A stretch of DNA of 63,539 nucleotides, the filler included, from Octopus bimaculoides (taxonomy: Eukaryota): NCBI RefSeq assembly GCF_001194135.2. It is 5 parts of 4 records of this genome, joined end to end, with 100 filler letters (N's around TTAATTAATTAA, not from the genome) between each part and the next. Parts side by side here need not be neighbours in the genome. Positions count along the whole stretch, not along the records: positions 18,077 to 30,925 come from NC_068997.1; positions 31,026 to 33,805 come from NW_026385971.1; positions 33,906 to 53,951 come from NC_068982.1; 2 more parts are not named here. One strand, given 5' to 3'. This document shows, piece after piece, positions 24,146 to 35,150 of the stretch. Under the pieces are notes generated by a model. That model had not been told where the DNA came from. It worked only from the letters and a program-made list of their open reading frames with translations, and made no database searches. Numbering within the stretch: position 1 is the stretch's first letter; every line of letters begins with the position of its first letter. Position numbers and translations under genes: made by a program.

Positions 24146-24752
24146 AAAAAGAAATTAAAATTAAAAAAAATTTTTTTAATGTGATTTCAGTCAATTAAAG
24201 CTTATTTATGTATTCATTAATTATTTTTTACTTCTGCTGTTTCAATGTTTCTGAAGAGTTTTTGGTTACAATACTGTAAAATCCCCCCCCCCTTTTTTAA
24301 AAAAATATAATCTTAATTTTTTTAAAAGAACACAGCATGAATTGCTTAATTTATATATTTTTCAACATTTAAAGTGAAGATTATAAGTGAGATTAATGTG
24401 TTAAGATAGCTACTCTTAATCTTATCACACCTGTGTACTTGGAGTTATTAAAATCGGAAAATGAAAATTCAAAAGTAAATTATCATTTTGTTTCCTAATT
24501 GACATTTTTTTTTTGTCTCCCATCTTCACCCCCCCACCCCAACGCACTGGAAGGCTGCAACGTTTTACATTGAAAAGCTTTTAGTTGTTTAGTTTATTTG
24601 ATTGTGGCTTTTTTCAGTTTTTGATGTTTATAAATCACCCACCTCATTTTTTATTGTGTTGCAGTTTCATTCTTTTTTTTTTTTCCTCCATCATAGACAC
24701 ATATTGTAAAGATGTAATAATGACAGGGTATCTTTTAATTATTATTTCACAG

Positions 24753-24856
24753 GATATTTATGAAATCATTCGAAGCTTATCAAGCAGCTCTCATACTGAA
24801 CGCAAAGAAGGCCTTTATGGATTGAAGAATGTGTTATTGGGTGCACGTGTTCTTAA
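24753..24856 (+). CDS. CLASP1: CLASP exon, start of third TOG-like domain
   Basis: CAG/GTGAGT, phase 0-2. DIYEIIRSLSSSSHTERKEGLYGLKNVLLGARVL matches CLASP D..E.....S..W.ERKEGL.GL. Confidence 0.95.
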
Positions 24857-25198
24857 GTGAGTACAAGTGTAGCTTGGGCTTTTTAGTTCCATCTCCTTCA
24901 CCTTGGGTCAATCATTAAAATTTGACTACAAAATTCATCCTTTTGAAAATTGTTCTGATTGCTTCTGTTAAGTGGTACCTAGGGCAATGAGAACAAGCTT
25001 CAACAAATCAAATTTTTTGTTTTTGTCAGAGATGAAAATTAAGGAAAGTTTTGATATTGATTTTTGTATTTTTAAGGTAATGTAATGTCTCAAAGCAAGT
25101 ATTAGCATACTATTGTCTGTAAAAGTATTTGAAGCTTTCAGAATGAATTTTTTGTATGAGATTTTAATTGAAATATATTTTTCCAATGTTTATTTCAG

Positions 25199-25262
25199 TC
25201 GAGTGGAATTAAGGAAGGTGACAGAAATATTTACTCGCATGTTCCATGATCCAAGCAACAAA
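25199..25262 (+). CDS. CLASP1: CLASP exon
   Basis: CAG/GTAAGA, phase 2-0. (N)RVELRKVTEIFTRMFHDPSNK matches CLASP RVELKRLCEIFTRMF.DP. Confidence 0.96.
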
Positions 25263-25487
25263 GTAAGATACTCTTATTATCATTATTATTTAATCTGCAT
25301 TCTGTTTGTCCCTTTCTGTCACCATTCTCTCTCCTTATGGCTTCTCACCATCCTTTCCACACAACCTCATCACCTCAACACTCATTTCTCCCTCTTTGCC
25401 CTCTTCCATCAAACCCCAATCTCCTCTTAACCTGTAATGTCCCTGTCCTCTCAGCTTCCCTGGATCAGTGTTGGTCCCATCCTTGTT

Positions 25488-25915
25488 TCAACCTTTTAAT
25501 ATTCAGATTTCTCTATCAAATGTAATGCTTATTTATTCGCATCCTTTTCAATTAATCCTGCATTATCTTGTAGCTCTGAGGTTTTGATAATGTGATTGTT
25601 TTTTTTTTAGAAGGACATTGTAGGGTAGGTGTGAGAGACCTAATATGGGTGGTTTAGCCCTTTAAGCATTCATATTTCTTTGTCAAATGTAATGCTTGTT
25701 TATTTACATCGTTTTGAATTAACCATGCATTATTCCATAGCTTCAAGATATCAATGATATGATTGTTTTATTCTTAGATTGATATTATAGGGTAGATGGG
25801 CAAGGCTGGATCTACTTAGTTTGAACATAAAACAGGGAGAATATTTTGGTTTAAATATTAAAGGGTTAAACATAAAACAGATAAAATATTTGGGCCGGTT
25901 TAAATGCGAGAGCGT
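25488..25915. mobile_element. Tandem, diverged TTAA/CCCT-ended (piggyBac-like) MITEs
   Basis: Two similar units (TCAAATGTAATGCTT.TTTATT...AGGGTAG.TG); left ends resemble TTAACCCTTT, right end AAAGGGTTAA near 25868; a partial third end follows. Confidence 0.55.
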
Positions 25916-26073
25916 TCATTTTGTAAAATAATGTAGAATATCATGCCTCTGGTCTTCTAATTTAATTAAAACCTTTAAAAAAAAAAAAAAAGAAATGACC
26001 ATTACAATTCACATTTTCCAATCGTTTATAGTCTTGAATCTTTTTGCTTGTGTAAGAAATCTTTTTGATTTAA

Positions 26074-26540
26074 CCCTTTCGTTACTGTATTTATTTTGAG
26101 ATGCTCTGTGTTTCTTTTAATTACTTTAAATATAACAAAGAATTTAGTAAAATAACTTAGTTATCATTCAGCTAGTGTCAGGAACATAAATTGTGACTAA
26201 GGTTTGGAAGATTTTAATTCAGAACTTATGAAAACAAGACATTTGTACTAGGGAATCAGAAGTGGTCACAGCCAGGTTGGTATCAAAAGGGTTAAGAATT
26301 CTTTCTCTTTTATGTTTTAAACCTTTTCTTACCATATTTCTGTTGAGATATGTGTTTCTTTCAATTAATTTTAAATATAACAAAGAATTTAGTAAAATAA
26401 ACTTAGTGATCATTCAGTTAATGTTAAGAACATAAATTGTGACTAAGGTTTGGTGGAAGATTATAATTCAAAACTTAGGAAAACAAGACATTTGTACTAC
26501 AGAGCCAGAACCGGTTTCAGCCAGGTTGGTAACGAAAGGG
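26074..26540. mobile_element. Two tandem piggyBac-like MITEs
   Basis: Copy 1 (26074-26291) and copy 2 (26321-26540) are each flanked by TTAA, with CCCTTTCGTTAC / GTAACGAAAGGG termini; the copies are clearly homologous. Confidence 0.8.
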
Positions 26541-26592
26541 TTAATTACAGTTCTGTTTACATTTTTTTTTTTTTTTTTTTTTTTCACTGCAG

Positions 26593-26756
26593 GTTCTCAG
26601 TATATTTCTCGATATTCTTGTGCTGTTGATTACTGTGCACACAACTGAATTGAATGACTGGCTCAACATATTGCTTACCAAACTTCTGAATAAGACTGGT
26701 ACTGATGTACTTGGATCAATTCAAACTAAAATACAAAAAGCATTAGAAACTGTCAG
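26593..26756 (+). CDS. CLASP1: CLASP exon
   Basis: CAG/GTAAGA, phase 0-2. VLSIFLDILVLLITVHTTELNDWLNILLTKLLNKTGTDVLGSIQTKIQKALETV matches CLASP VFSMFLETL...L.DWL..LL..LL.K.G.DLLGSVQ.KVQKAL. Confidence 0.96.
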
Positions 26757-26814
26757 GTAAGATATGAAATGATTCCTGCTACTTCATACAGCAGTGTTAT
26801 GCATCTAAGATTCA

Positions 26815-27030
26815 TTCATCATCATCACCATCATTGTTTAATGTCTGCTTTCCATGCTGGCATGGGTTGGACAGTTTGACTGAGGACTGGTAAGCCAGGC
26901 TCCAATTTTATTTGGCAAGGTTTCTACAGTTGGATGCCCTTCCTAATGCCAACCACTCCAAGAGTGTAGTGAGTGCTTTTACGGGCCACTGGCACAGGGG
27001 CCAGTCAGGCAGTACTGGCATTCCATGTTG
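26815..27030 (-). mobile_element. SINE/LINE 3-prime fragment with (ATG)n tail
   Basis: (CAT)n run followed by TTTCCATGCTGGCATGGGTTGG...GGATGCCCTTCCTAATGCCAACC, typical of RTE-type tails. Confidence 0.6.
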
Positions 27031-28527
27031 GCATGAGTTGTTTGAATACTTATTATTGAGGCATTTTTTGTATAGCTGGGTGCCCTTTCTGTTGTCAAGC
27101 TTTACTTGTTTTTTCAAGTAAGGGATTTTAAAAATTACATTCTTCTTCACAACTGCAGAACTTCAGGATAATTTGTTTGTAGGGGACATTTAAAAAAATC
27201 ACCATTTTTGCTTAAATGGTTTGTGAAGATGTAGAATGCATACATTCACATGCATACACAAGCAGATGATAGGCTTCCATGCAGTTTCCGTTTGCTAATT
27301 CCATTTATAAGTCATTGGTTGGCCTGAAGCTACAGTAGAAGACATGCTGTGAGATAACACTCTGTGGTTATGAAGTGAATTCTATATTCACATGGCCTGC
27401 ACTTTTTAGGGTTTGGGCAATTTTTCACTGTTTTAAATGAAACATCAACTGAGAGTGAAGAGTTAGTCCCTATAACTTTTGAAAAACTCTTCTAGACTTG
27501 GAGATAGTATTAAAGGAGAACAGTATTTTTCTTACCAGTTTGAAATTCTGAGCATTAATATTTGGTGAGGGAGAATTCCTGGTAATGAGCTATTTTAATA
27601 ATTCAGGCCACTTCAAATATTTGGGGTATTTTGTTAAATTAATTTCACATTAAATCATGTATGTTTTTAATGAAATTAAGTTTAAAATGATAATTGGATT
27701 TGGAATTGACAACTTTGTTTGTACAGTGAGAAGTGTGTGCAGTTAGATAGTGAAGTACATTTTATTAAATGGGAAACCCAAACACTAGACTGCCCAGCCT
27801 GATAAAGCTGAACCTACAGAACATGAATGTAGGGGGCATGAAGGGAACATGAACTGTGCAAGTCTAGAGCCAATTTCTTGCCTTCAGCCCCAGCTGACTA
27901 CCCAGTGCCCTACATGCAGTTGAGCCTTGTGAACATACTTTGGATTGATTGACCACAGCTGGACAGACTGTATTCCGTCGTCTTCTCTTTGCTGATGTCC
28001 TTAGCCATCATTGACAATGATGGGCAGGCTAATAATTAAATGGCTTCTAAAATTACATTAGCAGATGTTTCCCAAGTCTATTTGATAAATGTTAATTAAA
28101 TTTGAAAATACTTCCTGCCTTAATTATGATTTTGAGTTGACAGGTCGAAGTGAAGTGAACAAAGGTACTTTGTCCAAGAACTCAACAAGGTGACATGGTT
28201 GAATTCAAAACTATGAGCTTCATGCTCCAAAAACCCTTGTTACGCATTTGTTTGTTGTGAGTAGCTGGTGTATTACAAACATCCCGTGAAGCACTGCTTT
28301 TCAACCTGTTGAATAAATCCTGAAGATTTAACGACATAGTAAAGGGAGTACAATAAACAGGGATGGGACAAAGGAAGAACAAAAAAAAAAAAAGTATATA
28401 AAATCTTCAAAGCTGCTCAGTACAATAAATAGCTGTGACAGAAAATGAGAATTATAGACATGAAATAATTTTCATTTTAACTTCTGAATAATGAATAATG
28501 ATTTTTTTCTTTCTTTCTTTCTTTCAG

Positions 28528-28606
28528 GGAATGTTTTCCTTGCAGCCTACAATTTAGTATAGCTACCAGGTTTTGTATTGACCAAACACAATCACCAAAC
28601 CTTAAG
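28528..28606 (+). CDS. CLASP1: CLASP exon (last one visible on this contig)
   Basis: TTTCAG/GTATTT, phase 2-0. (R)ECFPCSLQFSIATRFCIDQTQSPNLK matches CLASP RESFP..LQF..L.RF.VDQTQTP.LK. Confidence 0.96.
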
Positions 28607-29537
28607 GTATTTTTAGCTATTTCTATCCATTCACTCCATTTCTTGTTTGTCTCTCTTGTTAATATCCTACAAGTGCTATTGACTATCATAGCTCTTGTTT
28701 TCTTTTGTGTGTGTGTGTACACACACACACACACACACACACACACTCATCATTTTCATTCTTGTACTTGGTCAAGGAGTTGTAAATAATGTCAGTTATA
28801 CGCTGATATTTTCTGCGTCTAAGTTCAATTTCTAACAGTTTCAAGAGAAGCAATAAAAGTCAGTGTTTGTGTGTCCCTACAGCTTTGTGGTTTCAGAACC
28901 CTCCTTTTTTTATGTCAATCTCGATAGAATTGTAATTGTTCTTTTTGCATTATTATTTCACATGAGTTTTGCCATGCTGACCAGGGTTGGACAGGTGTCA
29001 CAATGTTTCTTTGTCATCTAGCAAACACAAAAACAGAAAAAAAATAACCAGTTATGTTGCACAGTTCCCATAAGTGGATGCTCTTCCATACTTAGAAGCA
29101 GGAAGCCTCAAGTAAATGTTGCAAAGGAAAGAAAATGAGACTCTTCTGTTCTCAGAAATAGCCCTGCTTGATATGCTAAAAGAATAAAATGTTTGTATGA
29201 ATTCCATTATATTGTAGCTTATGTAAATTATAAGTGGTTAGGAGGTGTGATGGGAGGACAGGCTGTCTGACAAAAGGAAAACTTTGTATGTAGAAGGTGC
29301 ACAGGAGGAGTGAACTCATGAAATGTTTAAATGGTGAGGAAGACTCTAATTACAGAGATTCGATGGAATCTGTTTCCATTGTAATATTCTACTTCCTACT
29401 CTTCCACATTGCATGTTAGAAGGCTGCAGAAACTCGTCTGCTACAAGAGATTATTTCAAGTTTTGTATTTTTGTTTTCAGAGTATAAATATTAGTTAATT
29501 TAAATTGTGCATCCCCATGCATTAAGTTGATAATTGA

Positions 29538-29693
29538 AGACAGGCTTGTGCTGGTTGCCATCAAAGCTTCATATTCTTGGACCCTGCACTGCTGATTTCC
29601 TTGTGATAACTGTGGCCTGTCTGAGAAATAAACCCTGTAAAGTGGGGTGGCTGTTGTAGCAAGTGTTGCTGGCCATTCTCTACTGCAACACCT
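29538..29693 (+). ncRNA. Candidate intronic H/ACA snoRNA/scaRNA-like RNA
   Basis: Hairpin closed by AGACAGGC/GCCTGTCT, ANANNA box (AAATAA, 29626-31), second hairpin, then ACA (29688-90) directly after the stem. Confidence 0.4.
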
Positions 29694-30364
29694 TTGCAAT
29701 CATGTCAACAAGGTGTGGCTAAATGCACCATTTGTTCAACCCATTACCCCCTTGCATCTTCTGTTGCTTAATTCCACCCCTTTTGTTTTTCTTTTTCTGT
29801 TTCCGTGGTGAGTGAGTTATGTTTTTTTTTTTGTTTTGATAATTTAATCTTTTATACTTTTAATTTTTTTTTTTTTCTTATCTTCCTCTAAAAATTATGT
29901 CATTGATGTTGTGGTTCTGTCATTCTTTTCTCTTCTTGTTCCTTTGATGTTTGATAATGGATTAGGCATAATAGGTCTCAAAATTGCATCTTCTCATACA
30001 CTATCCAATGATCTTATTCAAGTTATCCCAATATTATTAATTACTGAGATATACAATATGTATGCTTCACATTGGAATACACTGAAATACTCTAAAATAT
30101 GCTTTTGCTATTAAGTTAGTTTGGCTGTTAGTTGTCTAAAGCTTTACCATTCTCAAGAGGTATCTTTGGTTACTCAGTTTGAGGTAATTTATTTTCTCTG
30201 ATCTACTTACTGGACATTTGTAACTTATCTCAGAAATCCTCTTTATATATAAGCCATTTCTGATATTTGATACTCTTTCCCATGTTTGATGTGAATGAGT
30301 GGGCAACAAATAATTTGCTATTTATCCCTCTACCTTTTTTTTCCTAAAAATATGCTACAAGCAG

Positions 30365-30481
<117 letters not shown>

Positions 30482-30528
30482 TATATTAAATCTGAGCCTG
30501 ATATAAACAGTGGCAATATGGAATTATA

Positions 30529-30698
30529 GCATAATTGCCAACCAAGTGTGGCATCCTGTACAGGGGAGTGCTACTGACATTCATAGCCCCAGGCAGACAT
30601 CTCTTCCAGCTGGCTTATGACGGAAGAGAAGTCTTCCTGGGGCTATAAACGTCAGCAGCACTCCTGTATAGGACGCCACACTTGGTTGGCAATTATGT
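30529..30698. repeat. Long imperfect fold-back (about 78-bp arms, 14-nt loop)
   Basis: 30529-30607 is the reverse complement of 30622-30698 with 8 substitutions and one 2-nt indel. Confidence 0.9.
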
Positions 30699-30712
30699 TA
30701 CAATATATGTGT

Positions 30713-30925
30713 GTGTATGTATATATATGTGTGTGTGTTTGTGTGTGTTTGTGTTTGTGTGTGTTTGTGTATGTATATGTGTGTTTGTGTGTATGTATAT
30801 GTTTGTGTGTATGTATATGTATGTTTGTGTGTATGTATATGTGTGTTTGTGTGTATGTATGTGTGTTTGTGTGTATGTATGTGTGTTTGTGTGTATGTAT
30901 GTGTTTGTGTGTATGTATATGTGTG
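30713..30925. repeat. Compound (GT)/(GTAT) array with a roughly 20-bp higher-order unit
   Basis: Repeated GTGTGTTTGTGTGTATGTAT units running into the gap. Confidence 0.8.
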
Positions 30926-31157
30926 NNNNNNNNNNNNNNNNNNNNNNNNNNNNNNNNNNNNNNNNNNNNTTAATTAATTAANNNNNNNNNNNNNNNNNNN
31001 NNNNNNNNNNNNNNNNNNNNNNNNNATTAGAATCGTAAGTAATTTTAATCTTCTAACCTTTGAGGGAAAAACTAAAGTGTTTTATTAGAACTATTTTAAG
31101 TATTTATTTATTACGGGTACATATGATAGCGTTTTATAAAAACCTTTATTTTTATTT

Positions 31158-31979
31158 TTATTTGAAAGCAGAATATGTATGTTTCTGCCAATGTTTGCAT
31201 TTGTAAGAATGTTCAATGAAAGTATTAACTAGACAATTCCTTGAAAATAAAATAAAAAGAAATTCTGTTACACATAAATCACAGAATTTTCCACCCTTTT
31301 CATATGGCTTAGAAATAGAAAGAATAAGCCAGTCTAGTTTAAATTTAATGTTATTATCTTTAAGATCCCAAATTAGTTTGCTAAGGCTCGTGGTATTACG
31401 TTTGCTTCTATCTCTAAAGGATGAAAAATGGTTAGAAATTCTAGTGGATAAAGGTGTAGAGGAAGAACCTACGTAAAAGTAAGTATTTTTGGGAGTACTA
31501 ACTTGACATTGGTAGATAGTGTTTCTGAGTCTCACATTTTCACTTAAAAAACAGATTCTCTTGGAATTGACTTCTGAAATAATGATTTTGTTGTTATGAC
31601 TATTACTATTATGTGTCGTGTTATTAATATTGTTCCCTATATTATTATTATTATTATTGTTATTATTGTTATTTTGGTAAGGGTTAATAACGTTTCGTTC
31701 AATGATATTACTGTTTGAACTCTCTAGTGGATGTAAAAGCCTCATATTGTGTGCAGATAATATCTGCGAACTGTTCTTCATGTTAGAGAAACCGAATCTA
31801 ATCTTGTGTGTGTTTATGACTTGGGAGTAATGAGAGTGTTTAGGAAAGTTCTTATTTATAGCGTTTTGGAACTGGGATACCAAGTTTGTTTTTACATTAT
31901 TATTGTAAGAAAGAACTACCCAGACATATTTATTAGGTTCTGGTTTAGAATGTTTACCGGTATTGTTTATAAATAGTCT
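31158..31979 (-). mobile_element. Penelope-like retroelement 3-prime fragment (linker + GIY-YIG endonuclease)
   Basis: Open frame of 274 codons including the stop: YVWVVLSYNNNVKTNL..F...INKNFP linker, TIY...YVG, TRISNH, LSKLIW.LK, CDLCVTE, LVN...KCKH. Confidence 0.85.
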
Positions 31980-32711
31980 TCATTTATTGTTATCATTGGG
32001 AACCATGTGGTTGGTAAGCAAGCTACATATATATATATATATANNNNNNNNNNNNNNNNNNNNNNNNNNNNNNNNNNNNNNNNNNNNNNNNNNNNNNNNN
32101 NNNNNNNNNNNNNNNNNNNNNNNNNNNNNNNNNNNNNNNNNNNNNNNNNNNNNNNNNNNNNNNNNNNNNNNNNNNNNNNNNNNNNNNNNNNNNNNNNNNN
32201 NNNNNNNNNNNNNNNNNNNNNNNNNNNNNNNNNNNNNNNNNNNNNNNNNNNNNNNNNNNNNNNNNNNNNNNNNNNNNNNNNNNNNNNNNNNNNNNNNNNN
32301 NNNNNNNNNNNNNNNNNNNNNNNNNNNNNNNNNNNNNNNNNNNNNNNNNNNNNNNNNNNNNNNNNNNNNNNNNNNNNNNNNNNNNNNNNNNNNNNNNNNN
32401 NNNNNNNNNNNNNNNNNNNNNNNNNNNNNNNNNNNNNNNNNNNNNNNNNNNNNNNNNNNNNNNNNNNNNNNNNNNNNNNNNNNNNNNNNNNNNNNNNNNN
32501 NNNNNNNNNNNTATATATGTATATATAGGAGGGGCTTCTTTCAGTTTCCGTCTACCAAATCCAATCACAAGGCTTTGGTCGGCCCGAGGCTATAGTAGAA
32601 GACACCACACCTATATATACACCTATATACACCTATATACACATATATACACACATATACACACATATATACACATATATATACATGTTTCTCTCCTCTT
32701 CTCTTTTCTAG

Positions 32712-33284
32712 TCTGTTCCGGCAAGGTCCTCGACCTCGTCATCGCCGCCGACGCCTCGGACAAGATCTTCGAGGAAGAGTTCTACTCCCAAATGGACTTC
32801 CTCAAACGATTGGTCCGAATCCTCGACGTTTCGAACGCTACGGCCCGTGTCGGATTCCTAACCTTCGGGAAACGCCTCAGAACAGGCTTCGACCTCACCG
32901 AATCCAACGACGCCGACACCATCGTTAATAAAATCGCCGGGGCCAAGCAGTTAAAGGGTCGCGGCGGGGTCGACGACGCTATAAAACACATGCGCACGAG
33001 GGGCTTCCGGCGGTCCCTCTTACGGCGCGAGGTCAGCGCGCCCCGTATAGGGTTAATCGTGACCGGAACGAAGAATAAGAACTTGGAGCAGATCGAAAAA
33101 GAGGCGAAGTTTGCCGCGAAGGCCGGGATAACCTTGTTCGCCGTCGGTGTGTCCCCGCAAGTGTCGAGCGTCCAGCTGGAGCACATCGTGGCCAGCCAGA
33201 AACCCGGGAAGCGCTACTTCCTCGCCAATTCGTATAACAACATCGATAATATTCTACACGAGCTTGCGATACAGATATGTGAAG
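32712..33284 (+). CDS. Single-exon von Willebrand factor A domain (collagen VI/XII- or matrilin-like extracellular protein), internal exon
   Basis: TTTTCTAG acceptor and GAAG|GTAAGC donor, 573 nt, phase 1-1. CSGKVLDLVIAADASDKI...ARVGFLTFG...IGLIVTG...GITLFAVGV...QICE is a vWA pattern with flanking Cys. Confidence 0.92.
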
Positions 33285-33292
33285 GTAAGCCC

Positions 33293-33644
33293 TTAAGGAC
33301 TTCCTAATATGATTTTTCTATTCTTTTCCTGCTTTTTTAATATTCTTTCCCAGGGGCCACGTTTGCAACCCCCAAAACTCTTTAAGGATTTTGAGGTGAC
33401 CTTTCACTACAGTTTAAGGACTTGCTAATACGATTTCCTGCTTTTTGTATATTCTTTCCCAGGGGCCACATTTGCAACCCCAAAAACTCTTTAAAGATTT
33501 TGAGGTGACCTTTCATTACAGTTTAAGGCCTTCCTAATACGATTTTTCTATTCTTTTCCTGCTTTTTTTTATATTCTTTCCCAGGGGCCACATTTGCAAC
33601 CCCAAAAACTCTTTAAGGATTTTGAGGTGACCTTTCATTCCAGT
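33293..33644. repeat. Three-copy tandem repeat, 109-121 bp unit
   Basis: Units begin at 33293, 33414 and 33523; copy 2 has a deletion of about 12 nt. Confidence 0.9.
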
Positions 33645-33849
33645 TTTTTGCCAAGAATCAGCTTAGATAAAGCTGCTTTCCCTGTGCCCTTGTTTCAGGA
33701 TCCTTTTCTATTAGTGTTCCCTCTCGGGTATTGAGACCTCAGCTTAAAAATCCCCTCACAATTCAGAATTTAGGGAACAGAAGGGTCAGCATTACAAATT
33801 TGTGANNNNNNNNNNNNNNNNNNNNNNNNNNNNNNNNNNNNNNNNNNNN

Positions 33850-33861
33850 TTAATTAATTAA
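33850..33861. other. Assembly spacer TTAATTAATTAA (also at 30970-30981 and 53996-54007)
   Basis: Same 44N-12-44N construct. Confidence 0.95.
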
Positions 33862-33905
33862 NNNNNNNNNNNNNNNNNNNNNNNNNNNNNNNNNNNNNNN
33901 NNNNN

Positions 33906-33954
<49 letters not shown>

Positions 33955-34576
33955 TTAAATATACTTATATATACATACACTTCATATATAAGTGTATGTG
34001 TGCCTGTGTGTGTCTTTCTGCGTAAGTGAATGTAAGTGTATAATGTATTTCGTATTTATATATTTCAGAATACATACATACGTACCCACAATCAGATAGA
34101 GGGCGATCCATTTAAATTGTAAAGACTAAACATATAAATATTCATATGAGTTTAGTTCTGCTGTTTGTTTCAGTAAAATAACTGATCTCAGTACTAGAAG
34201 ACGCGGCACAAGGATGAAACGTTGGGAAGCAGTGAACCGTTATTCTATACATTTGCCTGCTTTTCAATTACATACGTACATTTATAAATGTATGTATATA
34301 ATTATAGATGAATATATTTAATGCCCCCCCCCCAAAAAAAACCCACACATTCACTCCTCATTCTGTGTGTACGTGTACATGTGTGTATGTGTGTGTGTGT
34401 ATGTGTACATGTGTACGTTCGCACCATGCAGTCATGAAGTCCAGTGTTCGATCCAATCGGGTAGAAATTTCAATAAGCATATTTTAGATTTGGGTCAACC
34501 GAAGCCTGGTATTTATTGATAAACGCATACATACACACATGTATATATACATATATATGTATATATTTACATGTGA

Positions 34577-34652
<76 letters not shown>

Positions 34653-34736
34653 NNNNNNNNNNTATATATACACATATATTTATATATATACACATATATT
34701 TATATATATACACATATGTATATATTTACATGCGAG

Positions 34737-34768
<32 letters not shown>

Positions 34769-35150
34769 TATATACATATATATTTATATATATACACATA
34801 TATGTATAATTATATAAATCTATTACGGCACTCCGTCGGTTACGACGAGGGTTCCAGCTGATCCAATCAACGGGACAGCCTGCTCGTGAAATTAACGTGC
34901 AAGTGGCTTAGCATTCCACTTGCACGTCAAAGAAATAAATCGATCTCGGTACAAAGCTAGTAGTTTATTTATCGACCCAGTCGGGTTGAAGAGTGTGACA
35001 TCAAAGAAAGAATACTGCAGTATACATTGTACGCGAAAATATTTACTGGAGCATCATTTTTTTTTCCTCTGGAAAAGAGCCTGCGTACTGATACATATTT
35101 TCTGGCAGGTAACGGATAATCAGTTATGGTCATAATTTCTTGTACAAAGA

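Noticed and set aside
28607-28614. GTATTTTT donor as a possible U12-type intron
   Set aside because: The U12 consensus is GTATCCTT; this does not match.
31980-31982. In-frame TGA upstream of the GIY-YIG frame as possible selenocysteine
   Set aside because: It lies in a low-complexity linker, not at a conserved Cys position, and no SECIS was seen; treated as a plain stop.
33293-33644. Regularly spaced repeats as a CRISPR array (also 16881-17000)
   Set aside because: Units are contiguous tandem copies with no unique spacers, and the context is eukaryotic.
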